Source: an uncultured Chloroflexia bacterium
Lineage (GTDB): Bacteria; Chloroflexota; Limnocylindria; QHBO01
Reading direction: 5' to 3'
Length of the DNA stretch: 64,000 bases
Assembly: GCA_963816215.1 (NCBI GenBank)
Contig: CAWFKB010000011.1
Location: 24,003 to 88,002 of the forward strand
Of the stretch, positions 1-9,014 are shown piece by piece (position 1 is the first letter of the stretch; each line of letters starts with the position of its first letter). A model generated the notes under the pieces. The model did not search any database, was not told the origin of the DNA, and worked only from the letters and a program-made list of their open reading frames with translations. The position numbers were made by a program, and so were the translations under genes.

Positions 1-2407
1 GCCTTCCAGCGACATGATCGTCTGGCGCGCCATGTCCAGCGCGATGACCCGGGCCGTGACCGGGCTGTCGCCGCTCACCTCGGTCGTATAGGTCACCGCG
101 TCCACCGCGATGTCGCGGTTGGCCATCTCCGCGCCGGTCGTGCGCTCGAAGATCTTCACCTGGTCCGCGCTGCGAACCACGATCACCGACTCGTCCAGGG
201 GCAGGACCATCTGGAGGACGCCGGTCGTGCCGGTGTCGATGCCGGGCGTGGAGACGGGCGGTGCCCGCTCCCCGTTCCCCTTCAGGAACTCGGTCAGGTC
301 CCAGGCCGCGATGTTGCCGTCATCGGTCATCCCGGCCAGCAGGCGGCGGGTGTCCGGATCCCAGGCCAGGCTGGCGACCAGCCCCGGCGCATCCCATGAA
401 GCGATTCGTGCTCCCGAGCGGAGGTCGGTAGCCACGATTTCGCGGGTGCCGTCCGACGAGAAGGCGACCGATGCCGGCCAGCCCGATTGGGTGCGCTGGG
501 GGGCGATGGTCAGGGCCACCGGCGGCGCATCGAGGTCGGCGCTGCCGCTCACCTGGTTCGGGTCGGCCAGCTCCATGCCCGCCGCGATCAGGTACTTGCC
601 CAGCATGGGGTGGGTCCACTCGTACGCGTCGCGGCTCCAGCCCCACTTCCAGTCGGACAGAAAGTCGACCGCGGTTCGGGCGTGCCAGACCTCGTCGAAG
701 ATCATCTGGCGCGGGAGGTCCAGGCGCCAGAGCCGGAACACGAGCGCAACCAGGACGATGACGGTGAAGATCCCCAGGTCGAGCCGATCCAGGCGGCGCG
801 GCGGATTGCGGTCTGCCTCGGAGACCGGATCCTGGCGCAGCCATCGGAGTGCCAAGCGTCCCCGGGCGGCGCGCACGGCGGTCGCGGCCGCGGCCGCTTC
901 CTCGACCTCCCGCTCGACCTCCTGCTCGGCGGCCAGCTCGTCGGGCGAGACAGCCGCTTCAGGCTGCGGGTCGCGACGGAACCCGAGCCAGATGATCCAA
1001 CCCAGGAGGAGGACCACGGAGAACGAGATGAGGTAGATGCCCCAGTCGGTGAACAGCGTGGCCGCGAGGAGCGGGTCGCGCCCGAACGGCTCGCCGCCCA
1101 GCCCCGGATTCATGGTGGGGGGCGACGCATACGACCAGTCAGCCGAGTACACCCAGTAGATGTTCAGGAAGAAGATGGCCGACAACGCGACGTAGACCGC
1201 CGCCCAGCGCCCCGCCTTGCCGACGAGCGGTGCGGCCAGAGCCAGCGCTGGGAAGAGGTAGCGCTCATGGACGCGGTTTGGGAGCGCGTAGAAGGCCACC
1301 GCCATGGTCAGTGCGCCCACCAGCAGGCCCTGCATGTCGTCGCGTCGGGCCACCATCACGAGCGGGATCACCGCAGCCACCAGGAACAGGGTCGTGGCCA
1401 CCATCCACCAGGCGACGTCCAGGCTGCCCAGGCTGAACACGATCCCCTGGTCCGACCCCCAGAACTGGGTGTCGCCCAGCCCGCTCCACGGGTTGCGCCA
1501 GATGTTGAAGGCGTTGATCGAGAGGCCCTGGTACTGGTCGGTGGCGGCCAAGAACTTGTCGATCAACCCGGTGGCCGGGTCCCCGGTCGGCAGGACCGTC
1601 ATCCCGAACGGCCAGATGAGGAGCACGAGCGACCCCACGCCGACCGCGATCGAGCTGAGGACCCGGACCGGGTCGGGGCGCGCGGCGAGCGCGGGATCGG
1701 TGGATCGGCCGAAGAGGTGGCGCTTGATGCCCACCACCGCCACGATCGGGACCAGCCACCCGAACTGGAACTTGATGACGAACGCCAGGATGGCCGCGAA
1801 CCCGGCGGCCTCGGTCCATCCGCGGCCCAGCGCGTAGAGCCCCAGCAGGATGACCAGGGCTCCCACCGAGTCCATCTGGCCCCAGACGGCCGAGTTGAAC
1901 ACGGTGCCGGGGTTGAACAGGTAGACGGCCGCGCCGATGACGCCGATCCGGGCACCGGAGCCCAGCCACCTGACCGGTGGCCGGTCGCCGAAGAAGCGAG
2001 AGCCGATGACATAGATGACCCAGGCCACGCCCAGGTCGGCCAGGATGCCCGGGAGCTTGATGAGGCCGGTGATGGCCTGCCCGCCGATGAACGGCTCGAG
2101 GGCGTGCGACACGGCGCCCAGCACCCACAGGACGTACATGTAGCCCGGGGGGTAGTCGGCGAAGTAACCGGGGGCATAGAAGCCGCCCGGGCCCACGTCG
2201 GCGAGGCGCAAGCGCCCAGGCCGAGAAGGCGTTGACATCGGTGTGGAAGCCGCTCTGGGGCAGCAGGACGGCCGCCACAACGACGCGGAGCGCGAGTCCG
2301 GCGATCAGAAGAAGGAGCATCGCGCCGACCGCGTCGATGCGCTGGGCGCCCCAGATCCTCATGGTCGGCGGCGTGGGGCGTGATCCGCCGTCGGTGTCGC
2401 TCGGCAA
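1..2407 (-). CDS. GT-C fold membrane glycosyltransferase (PMT/GT39- or DUF2029-like) with C-terminal propeller-like domain. The 3' end lies off the window and the frame is broken near 2205-2220.
   Basis: A minus-strand frame is open from the window edge up to ATG 2238. It reads ...LADVGPGGFYAPGYFADYPPGYMYVLWVLGAVSHA..., then many hydrophobic helices, then ...SSDGTREIVATDLRSGARIASWDAPGLVASLAWDPD.... It is absent from the ORF track because it has no stop inside the window. The expected first TM helix and loop (MRIWGAQRIDAVGAMLLLLIAGLALRVVVAAVLLPQSGFHTDVNAFSAWA) is in another frame (N-terminus of track ORF 1265..2407). Both pieces have high third-position GC. Confidence 0.7.
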
Positions 2408-2456
2408 GGCGGCGGTGAGTATAGCGCCGCACTTCGGCTACCATCCGCGCCACCCT

Positions 2457-3203
2457 TTGAACGTGACGACCTCGACCCGCCCCGCGCTGACGTTCTTCTT
2501 CCCCGCCTACAACGAGGAACCGAACATCGAGCGGACGGTCGCCCTGGCCCTGGAGCACATCGGTCCGCTGGTCCCCTCGCTGGAGGTGCTCGCGATCGAT
2601 GACGGCTCGACCGACCGTACACCGCAGCTGGCGGACGCCCTCGCCGCCGGCGACCCACGGGTTCGGGTCGTACACCAGGAGAACCGCGGCTACGGTGGCG
2701 CGCTGAAGGCGGGCTTCGCGAACGCGCGCGGCAACCTCATCGCCTTCTCCGATGGGGACCTCCAGTTCGACCTGGCCGAGCTGTCACGACTGCTGGATCG
2801 GCTCAACGACCAGTCACGCCCCGTGGATGCGGTCATCGGCTACCGGATCAAGCGGATGGACCCCACCCATCGGCTGGTCATTGCCAAGACGTACAACGCC
2901 ATCGTGTCGGTCCTGTTCGGCCTGCGGGTGCGCGACATCGACTGCGCGATGAAGGTGTTCCGGCGCCAGGTCTTCTCGGGCCTGCGCCTGGACTCGGAGG
3001 GCCCGTTCCTGTCGGCGGAGCTGCTCATCAAGCTCAACGCCCGGGGCGCGAAGATGGACCAGGTGGGCGTCACCCACTACCCGCGCACGGCGGGCACGAA
3101 CACAGGGGCGAGCTTCACCAAGATCCTGCGGACGTTCCGGGACATCTTCACGCTCCGCTGGGCCCTGTGGACCGATCGGGAGCGGACGCTCTCCGCCAAG
3201 TAG
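2457..3203 (+). CDS. GT2 family glycosyltransferase, polyprenol-phosphate sugar synthase-like (Ppm1/DPM-like)
   Basis: FFFPAYNEEPNIERTV, LAIDDGSTDRT, ENRGYGGALKAGF and SDGDLQFD motifs. The track ORF starts at 2232 but that overlaps the divergent gene, so TTG 2457 or GTG 2463 is more plausible. Confidence 0.8.
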   Translation: MNVTTSTRPALTFFFPAYNEEPNIERTVALALEHIGPLVPSLEVLAIDDGSTDRTPQLADALAAGDPRVRVVHQENRGYGGALKAGFANARGNLIAFSDGDLQFDLAELSRLLDRLNDQSRPVDAVIGYRIKRMDPTHRLVIAKTYNAIVSVLFGLRVRDIDCAMKVFRRQVFSGLRLDSEGPFLSAELLIKLNARGAKMDQVGVTHYPRTAGTNTGASFTKILRTFRDIFTLRWALWTDRERTLSAK

Positions 3204-3233
3204 CCACGGCCGCTCTCAGCCGCTCGGCCCGGC

Positions 3234-3740
3234 CTATTCGGCCGGCGGCAGGCCCTCGGTTGGCCCCAGGTCCACGTCGAGCGAATTCACGAAGTCGCGG
3301 AACACGGCCAGCTTCTCGTCATCCGGACCGCCCAGCTCCCCATTGGACTCGGGCTCGACCCCGGCCTCGTCCAGGACACGCTCGTCGACGTAGATCGTGG
3401 AGCCGGTCCGGATGGCGACCGCGATGGCGTCGGACGTCCGCGAGTCGATCTCGGTCTCGCCCCCCTCGGCCGTCTCGAGGTACATGCGGGCATGGAACGT
3501 CCCGTCGCTCACGTGGGTGACCACCACCCGGCTCAGGTTGCCGTGCACGGCTCCGAGCACGGACACCAGCAGGTCGTGGGTCAGGGGCCGCTCGGCGCTG
3601 ATCCCCTGGAGACGCATGGCGATGGCGTTCGCCTCCGACGGACCGATCCAGATGGGCAGGTATCGGTCTCGCTCGGTCTCCTTGAGGATCACCACGTGCT
3701 GGCTCGACAGAACGTGGACGCGCACGCTCTCGACGACCAT
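3234..3740 (-). CDS. Bifunctional nuclease family protein (DUF151/BFN)
   Basis: HVVILKETERDRYLPIWIGPSEANAIAMRLQGISAERPLTHDLL is the characteristic BFN core. Start taken at ATG 3740 (GTG 3758 is possible). The Arg-rich upstream part of track ORF 3234..3917 overlaps the preceding gene. Confidence 0.75.
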   Translation of the reverse strand: MVVESVRVHVLSSQHVVILKETERDRYLPIWIGPSEANAIAMRLQGISAERPLTHDLLVSVLGAVHGNLSRVVVTHVSDGTFHARMYLETAEGGETEIDSRTSDAIAVAIRTGSTIYVDERVLDEAGVEPESNGELGGPDDEKLAVFRDFVNSLDVDLGPTEGLPPAE

Positions 3741-3778
3741 CTCGATCAGCTGGGTCACGGGCGCGATTCTAGTGTCTG

Positions 3779-5998
3779 CTACTCGAGGACGACGCGGATG
3801 ACCCGATCCGCGGTGGCCAGGTAGGCGACGGGCGGACCGTCGGGCGTGGACAGGACCGCCATCCCGACCACGTCGTCCAGGACGTCGGCCGCATCGCCGC
3901 GGCGCGGCGCCATCCACTGGCGGACGAAGGAGCCGTCGGCCCGATTGAAGGCGATGATCCGGGCGTTGCCCCGGTCGTACACGAAGAACTCGTCGCGGTC
4001 ACCGATGGTGGCGGCGTCGACCAGGCGGTAGTCGAGCGGGTCGCGGACGGCCGCGTCGGGCGGGCGGTCGAGCGAGAAGTCGGTCTGGGGGACCGGCGTC
4101 CCGAAGTTGACCCGGGTCACGGTGGTGCGGTGCAGGAGCCACAGGTTGGCATCCGCATGCAGGTCGGTGGCGGTGGCCGGGTCGAGGTCCGGCGGATCGG
4201 TGAGGAATGACTCGGGAGCGTCCGGGAAGGTGACCGGGATAACGGGCGGGGGGGTCCACTTCCATACCTCGCCCGTCGCGTGGTCCACCGCGTACAGCGT
4301 GAAGATCTCGAGCGGCGGGCGGTGCTGGAGAGCGGTCATCAGGGTGCTTGCCGGGTCGAGGGTCTCGATCCCGGCGAGTGGCATCAGGCGCGGGACCCGC
4401 TCCACCAGGTCCGCGCGCCAGGCGTGGTGGTCGCGGTCGACGATGACCACGTCGGTGGCGGCGGTGGCCAGGAGCCACGGGTCGCCGGCCACCCCGCCGT
4501 CCAGCTGCTGCCCGGCGCGGTACACCGCCTCGGTCGTGCCGGCCACGGGATCGACCCGGAAGATGCGGCCCCGGCCGGTGTCCAGGATCCACAGCGAGCC
4601 GTCCGAGGCGGCCACCATCCGCTCGGCGTTGACCGCGGTGAAGGACGAGGCCAGGTCGGCAACGGTCGTGAGCTCACGGATGCGGGCCACGTTGTAGATG
4701 GCGTCCAGCCGCCCGTCCAGCCGGATGCGCAGCGGCTCCAGGGCCGAGGGGCTCACTCCGGCGCCTTCCGCCCGGTCCAGCGCGACCGCGGCATCCGCGA
4801 GCAGGTCCTTGGCCCGTTCCGGGTCGCGGTCGACCAGGTCCTGGCCGTCCACCCGCGCCTCTACGGTCGAGATCCGATCCTCGGCCTCCGCCACCGCCTC
4901 ACGAGCCACCGTGAGGCGGGGAATGGCCTGGGTCGGGTCCAGGGACGGATAGCTGGCCACGGTGACCCCCACGGCCAGGGTGGCGGCCACGGCGACCATG
5001 CCCAGGATCCCGATCCGCCGTCTCCGGCGGGCCTCGACCGCCTCGGTGCGCACGACCCGTCGTGGGTAGTTCACCCGCCGGCGCGGCAGATACGACATCA
5101 CGCGCCCCACGGCCAGGTCCAGCGAGTTCCCGAACCGCGTCTGGGCACTGTCCACCGCCCGGTCGGCGCGACGGATGGCGCCGCCCACCGCGTCGGCCCC
5201 GGGGACGGGGCTGCGATCCGGGAGGCCGGCCAGGGGGTCGGCGGCGCGCACCGGCTCCAGCCGATGGGTGGTGGTGGTCAGACCGATGGCCGTCAGCTCG
5301 ATCGCGATCAGCCCGTCGGAACCGATGCCGCCGCGTTCGCGGAACAGCTCGTGGATGCGCTCTGCCGCCGCACCCGGCCGGCCGGCAAGGAGGGCGGTCC
5401 GCGTGTCCTCGGCCCCCACCACCTCGGCCAGGTTTCGGCTGATCAGTGCCACCCGGTCGCCGCCGGTCAGCTCACCGGACCAGGTCACGGGCTCCACCTC
5501 GAGCGCCTCCCCGAGAGACGTGGCCACCAACCGTTCCGGGCCGAGGTCGTCGGTGGGGGCGGGAAGTGGCGGGGGGAGCTCGAAGATCCGGTCGCCGCGC
5601 ACGATGATCGCCCCGGCCGGGCCGATCTTGGCCACGTGCAGCACCCCGGTCCGGATCACCGCCCCCACGATGCTCAGCTGCGCGCCCTTGGTCAGCCCTG
5701 CCCGCCCTCGGCCGTGGAACAGCCGCCGGTTGGCCTGGGCCAGGGCCCGCGCCAGTGTGTCCTGGGGCCCGGCCGACATGTCGTAGTAGTACTCGTGCTC
5801 GATGGCCTCGAGCGTCTCGCGCGCGGCGCGGATCGTGCCGCTGGTGGGATCGGTCAGCTGGGCGAGCAGGTACAGGCTGCCCTTGGTCCGGACCGGGGCG
5901 CCGACGGTGGGCTCGTTGACCCGCACCAGGTCGGTTGCGTCGGGAGCGCGCTCGGCCTGGGGGACCAGGCCGTATCGGGCGGCCAGGCGCTGGCTCAC
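3779..5998 (-). CDS. Membrane protein with a cytoplasmic PP2C/SpoIIE-like domain, one TM helix and an extracytoplasmic beta-propeller-like domain
   Basis: 739-aa ORF. The N-terminus (SLYLLAQLTD..., LSIVGAVIRTGVLHVAKIGPAGAIIVRGDRIF, GDRVALISRNL, DGLIAIEL) resembles the PPM fold. A TM segment (IGILGMVAVAATLAVGVTVA) follows. The repetitive C-terminal half resembles an NHL/YncE-like propeller. The start overlaps the upstream stop by 4 nt. Confidence 0.6.
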   Translation of the reverse strand: MSQRLAARYGLVPQAERAPDATDLVRVNEPTVGAPVRTKGSLYLLAQLTDPTSGTIRAARETLEAIEHEYYYDMSAGPQDTLARALAQANRRLFHGRGRAGLTKGAQLSIVGAVIRTGVLHVAKIGPAGAIIVRGDRIFELPPPLPAPTDDLGPERLVATSLGEALEVEPVTWSGELTGGDRVALISRNLAEVVGAEDTRTALLAGRPGAAAERIHELFRERGGIGSDGLIAIELTAIGLTTTTHRLEPVRAADPLAGLPDRSPVPGADAVGGAIRRADRAVDSAQTRFGNSLDLAVGRVMSYLPRRRVNYPRRVVRTEAVEARRRRRIGILGMVAVAATLAVGVTVASYPSLDPTQAIPRLTVAREAVAEAEDRISTVEARVDGQDLVDRDPERAKDLLADAAVALDRAEGAGVSPSALEPLRIRLDGRLDAIYNVARIRELTTVADLASSFTAVNAERMVAASDGSLWILDTGRGRIFRVDPVAGTTEAVYRAGQQLDGGVAGDPWLLATAATDVVIVDRDHHAWRADLVERVPRLMPLAGIETLDPASTLMTALQHRPPLEIFTLYAVDHATGEVWKWTPPPVIPVTFPDAPESFLTDPPDLDPATATDLHADANLWLLHRTTVTRVNFGTPVPQTDFSLDRPPDAAVRDPLDYRLVDAATIGDRDEFFVYDRGNARIIAFNRADGSFVRQWMAPRRGDAADVLDDVVGMAVLSTPDGPPVAYLATADRVIRVVLE

Positions 5999-6360
5999 GG
6001 TGCCTCCGCGGGCGGCGCCTCGCCGGGACGGACGCTGACGGCCAGGCTTCGCAGCTGGTGGTGCGCTCCGGGTCGCCCGCGCTGCCGCTCGTTCACCGCC
6101 TGGGTCAGCGCCGGGCCGCGCAGGTTCAGCTCGGCGGCCAGGATCGGCTCAGAGGCCACCACGCTGGCGGTCCCATTCTGGACGGTCACGAGCCGGCTCC
6201 ACATCCCGGCCGGGGCCAGGCCGAGGTCGGCGACGACTTCCTGCCATGCCACGCGTGCCTGGGCCAGCGCCAGCTGCTCAGCAGCCCCCGGACCGACGCA
6301 CTGGAGCAGGGCGCGCTGGACGGCGCTGATGGCCTCCTCGGTGCTCGCGGGTGTGCCCAT
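5995..6360 (-). CDS. DUF721 family protein (DciA-like), directly downstream of recF
   Basis: 121 aa. The pattern W.EVV......S.LV.V.NGT..V.ASEPILAAEL....L...VN and the position after recF match DUF721/DciA. Confidence 0.65.
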   Translation of the reverse strand: MGTPASTEEAISAVQRALLQCVGPGAAEQLALAQARVAWQEVVADLGLAPAGMWSRLVTVQNGTASVVASEPILAAELNLRGPALTQAVNERQRGRPGAHHQLRSLAVSVRPGEAPPAEAP

Positions 6361-6368
6361 CGGGTTGC

Positions 6369-7571
6369 CTAGGCCACGCGCGAGGCGCGGGCCAGCCGGC
6401 CGTCGCCCACGGTCCAGACGGGGACCCGGTGGCGGTGGCGGGCGGGGAGGAGCCCCGGGTCCGTGATCGTGACCAGCACCTGGCCCCGCTGCCGGAGCAG
6501 GTCCAGGGCCCGCTCGGAGCGCTCCGGGTCCAGCTCGCTGAATACGTCGTCGAGCAGGACGATGGGCGACGGACCGCCGGACTCCGCCAGCAGATCGGTC
6601 TCGGCCAGCTTGAGGGCCACGATGATCGTCCGCTGCTGGCCGCGGCTGGCGTGAGCGGCCACGGGGACGCCACCCAGCGTCACCGCCAGGTCGTCGCGCT
6701 GCGGGCCGACCAGCGACATGCCGTTCCAGATCTCCTTCTGGCGGACCTCGGCCAGGCGGCGGCGGAGCGCGGTGGCCAACAGGCCCGGGTCCCGGGCCCC
6801 GGGGTCCGTCACGGCGTCGGCTCGCCCCGGCCAGGCGTCCTTCAATGTGTCCACGTAGGCGAGGCCCACTTCCTGGCCCAGCTCGTCATCGGGCGCCACC
6901 GCGTCGTGCAACGGACCGATGCGCAGGCCCAGCGCGGCAACCAGGTCCAGCCGGGCGGCGAGGACCCGTCCACCGGTGACGGCCAGGTGCTCGTCCCAGG
7001 CCGCGAGCCCGGTCTCGTCGGCCTCCTCCGCCCGGATCGCGCGCAGCAGCGCGTTGCGCTGGGCCAGCACCCGGGCCAGGTCCGCCAGGTCCTGGGCCAC
7101 GCCCCGCGAACGCTGGGCCAGGATCGCGTCCAGGAACCGTCGCCGCTCCGACGGCGCCCCCACCAACAGGAGCATCTCCTCCGGCCGGAAGAGTACGGCC
7201 CGGACGACCTCGGGCAGCGAGGCCTGGCGGCGCGATACGCCGTTCACCGTGAGCCGCCGCCGGACCCCGGGGAGCGGCATCTCCCCCGGGATGACGAGCT
7301 CGAGGCGGCTCTCGACCGGGTCAGCACCGGCAACCCGGTCAATTGGTCCCACGTCCAGGCGGACGCGGGCCATGGGCGCCCCGTGAGTGACGAGCTCGAC
7401 ATCGGTCGCCGCCCGGTGCGAACGGCCGGACACGGCCACCCAGATGGACTCCAGGAGGTTCGTCTTGCCGGCCCCGTTAGGCCCGGCGATGAGGGTCAGC
7501 CCAGGATCGGGCTCGAGCTCCGCGTACGGGTAGCTCCGAAAGTGATCGAGCTCGAGGCGGACGAGACGCAC
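6369..7571 (-). CDS. recF: DNA replication and repair protein RecF
   Basis: MRLVRLELDHFRSY, Walker A GPNGAGKTNLLE, and synteny after dnaN. Confidence 0.95.
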   Translation of the reverse strand: MRLVRLELDHFRSYPYAELEPDPGLTLIAGPNGAGKTNLLESIWVAVSGRSHRAATDVELVTHGAPMARVRLDVGPIDRVAGADPVESRLELVIPGEMPLPGVRRRLTVNGVSRRQASLPEVVRAVLFRPEEMLLLVGAPSERRRFLDAILAQRSRGVAQDLADLARVLAQRNALLRAIRAEEADETGLAAWDEHLAVTGGRVLAARLDLVAALGLRIGPLHDAVAPDDELGQEVGLAYVDTLKDAWPGRADAVTDPGARDPGLLATALRRRLAEVRQKEIWNGMSLVGPQRDDLAVTLGGVPVAAHASRGQQRTIIVALKLAETDLLAESGGPSPIVLLDDVFSELDPERSERALDLLRQRGQVLVTITDPGLLPARHRHRVPVWTVGDGRLARASRVA

Positions 7572-7578
7572 ATCAAGG

Positions 7579-8727
7579 TCAGGACGCGGTGCGGACGGGC
7601 ATGATCACGTGGACGTAGTCGTCCCTCACCGCGGTGCCGTCCGTGCCTCGGATGACGCCGGGGGCCAGCGGCCCGGACAGCTCGAGCACGACCCGCTCGG
7701 AACCAAGGGCGCCGAGGACATCGGTCAGGTAGCGGGCGTTGAAGGCGATGGTGGTGGGTGTGCCCTCCACCTGGGCCTCGAGCACATCGGCGTTGTCACC
7801 GATATCGGCCGCATGAGCGCTGATCGTGACCCCGGCCGCCTCGCCGTCCTCCCCGCCGACCTCGACCTTCACGATGTTGGCCGAGTCGCGGGCGAAGAAG
7901 CTGGCGCGCCGGGTGCCGGCCAGGAAGTCCTCGCGGTCCAGCGTGGCGCGCGCAGTCCAGGCGTCCTTGCGCGGGACGATGGGCTCGTAGTTGGGAAACG
8001 CGCCCTCGATCAGGCGGCTGACCAGGTCCACGTCCTCGACGTGGAACAGGATCTGGCTCTTGTTGGGCGTGATCGTGACCTCGACTTCTGTATCCGCGTC
8101 GGGCAGGATCCGGACCAGCTCGGCATAGCTGCGACCCGGGACGACGACCGTGATCTCGGTGGAGACCGGGCGCTCCAGGGTGAGCTCGCGGACCGCGATC
8201 CGGTAGTTGTCGGCCGCGGCCAGGGTCATCTTGTCGCCCTCAAGCTTGGTCAGGACCCCGGTCAGGATGGGGCGCGACTCGTCGCTGGCCGCCGCAAAGA
8301 CCACCAGGCTCAGGGCCTCGCGCAGATGCCGAGCCTTCACCGTGGTGACCGGCGCATCGCCGATCCCGCCCACGACCGGAAACTCATCGGCCTCGATGCC
8401 CTTGATCGAGGCGCGGCTCCCTCCGGACGTGACCTTGAGACTGCGGTCCTTGGCGGACAGCTCGAGATCGACCTTGCCCGGGGCTAGCGAGCTGACCAGG
8501 TCGGTCAGGAGGCGGGCCGGCACGGTGATCTCGCCCGGGTCCTCCACCTTGCCCGACACCCAGTACGTGATCCCGATCTCGAGGTTGGTGGCGGTGAGCT
8601 TCAGGCCCCCCTCCTCGGTGCGCATCAGGACGTTGGCGAGGACCGGCAGGGTGGCCCGCGTGGCCACGGCGCGGCTGACCGTGCCCAGGCCACGGGCGAG
8701 GTTTTCCTGCAAGACGGAGATGTTCAC
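7579..8727 (-). CDS. dnaN: DNA polymerase III beta sliding clamp
   Basis: 382 aa. N-terminus MNISVLQENLARGL...LPVLANVLMRTEEGGLKLTATNLE, and synteny after dnaA. Confidence 0.95.
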   Translation of the reverse strand: MNISVLQENLARGLGTVSRAVATRATLPVLANVLMRTEEGGLKLTATNLEIGITYWVSGKVEDPGEITVPARLLTDLVSSLAPGKVDLELSAKDRSLKVTSGGSRASIKGIEADEFPVVGGIGDAPVTTVKARHLREALSLVVFAAASDESRPILTGVLTKLEGDKMTLAAADNYRIAVRELTLERPVSTEITVVVPGRSYAELVRILPDADTEVEVTITPNKSQILFHVEDVDLVSRLIEGAFPNYEPIVPRKDAWTARATLDREDFLAGTRRASFFARDSANIVKVEVGGEDGEAAGVTISAHAADIGDNADVLEAQVEGTPTTIAFNARYLTDVLGALGSERVVLELSGPLAPGVIRGTDGTAVRDDYVHVIMPVRTAS

Positions 8728-8812
8728 GAGGGGCTCACTGGGCTGAACGAGCTGCTCACTACGGTACCTCTGAAGAATAGAGTCTTTGAATAGCCGTCTC
8801 TGGCCGTAGGGG

Positions 8813-8830
8813 TGTGGACGGTGTGGACAT
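8813..8830. promoter_or_regulatory. Two abutting DnaA-box-like 9-mers in the dnaA-dnaN spacer
   Basis: TGTGGACGG (8813-8821) and TGTGGACAT (8822-8830). Their reverse complements CCGTCCACA and ATGTCCACA match the high-GC box TTGTCCACA at 7/9 and 8/9. The locally AT-rich stretch 8771-8800 lies next to them. A further TTATGCACC sits at 9004-9012. Confidence 0.45.
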
Positions 8831-9014
8831 CCTTGCCTGGTGAACCTATCCGGTCCGCCAAACCGCGGTGCGCGTGGTGGGGACCGGTGGTGGGCTTGCC
8901 GCCTGTCGGGGCCGACGGGCCGGGGATGACCGCTCGTCGCGCCGGTCGCCAGGTCCTCGTCGCGCGGTCCGCTGTCCCCCGTGGGTCACCAGCCCGGGGC
9001 TGGTTATGCACCGC

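Noticed and set aside
487-2235. 582-aa plus-strand ORF (and 110..1036) overlapping the glycosyltransferase gene
   Set aside because: The translation is Arg/Gly/His/Pro-rich and low-complexity, and the ORF is antisense to a gene with clear family motifs. This is a typical shadow ORF of high-GC DNA.
4280-6466. 728-aa plus-strand ORF antisense to the PP2C-like/DUF721 genes
   Set aside because: Shadow ORF with extreme Arg/Gly/Pro content and no motifs. The opposite strand carries convincing genes.
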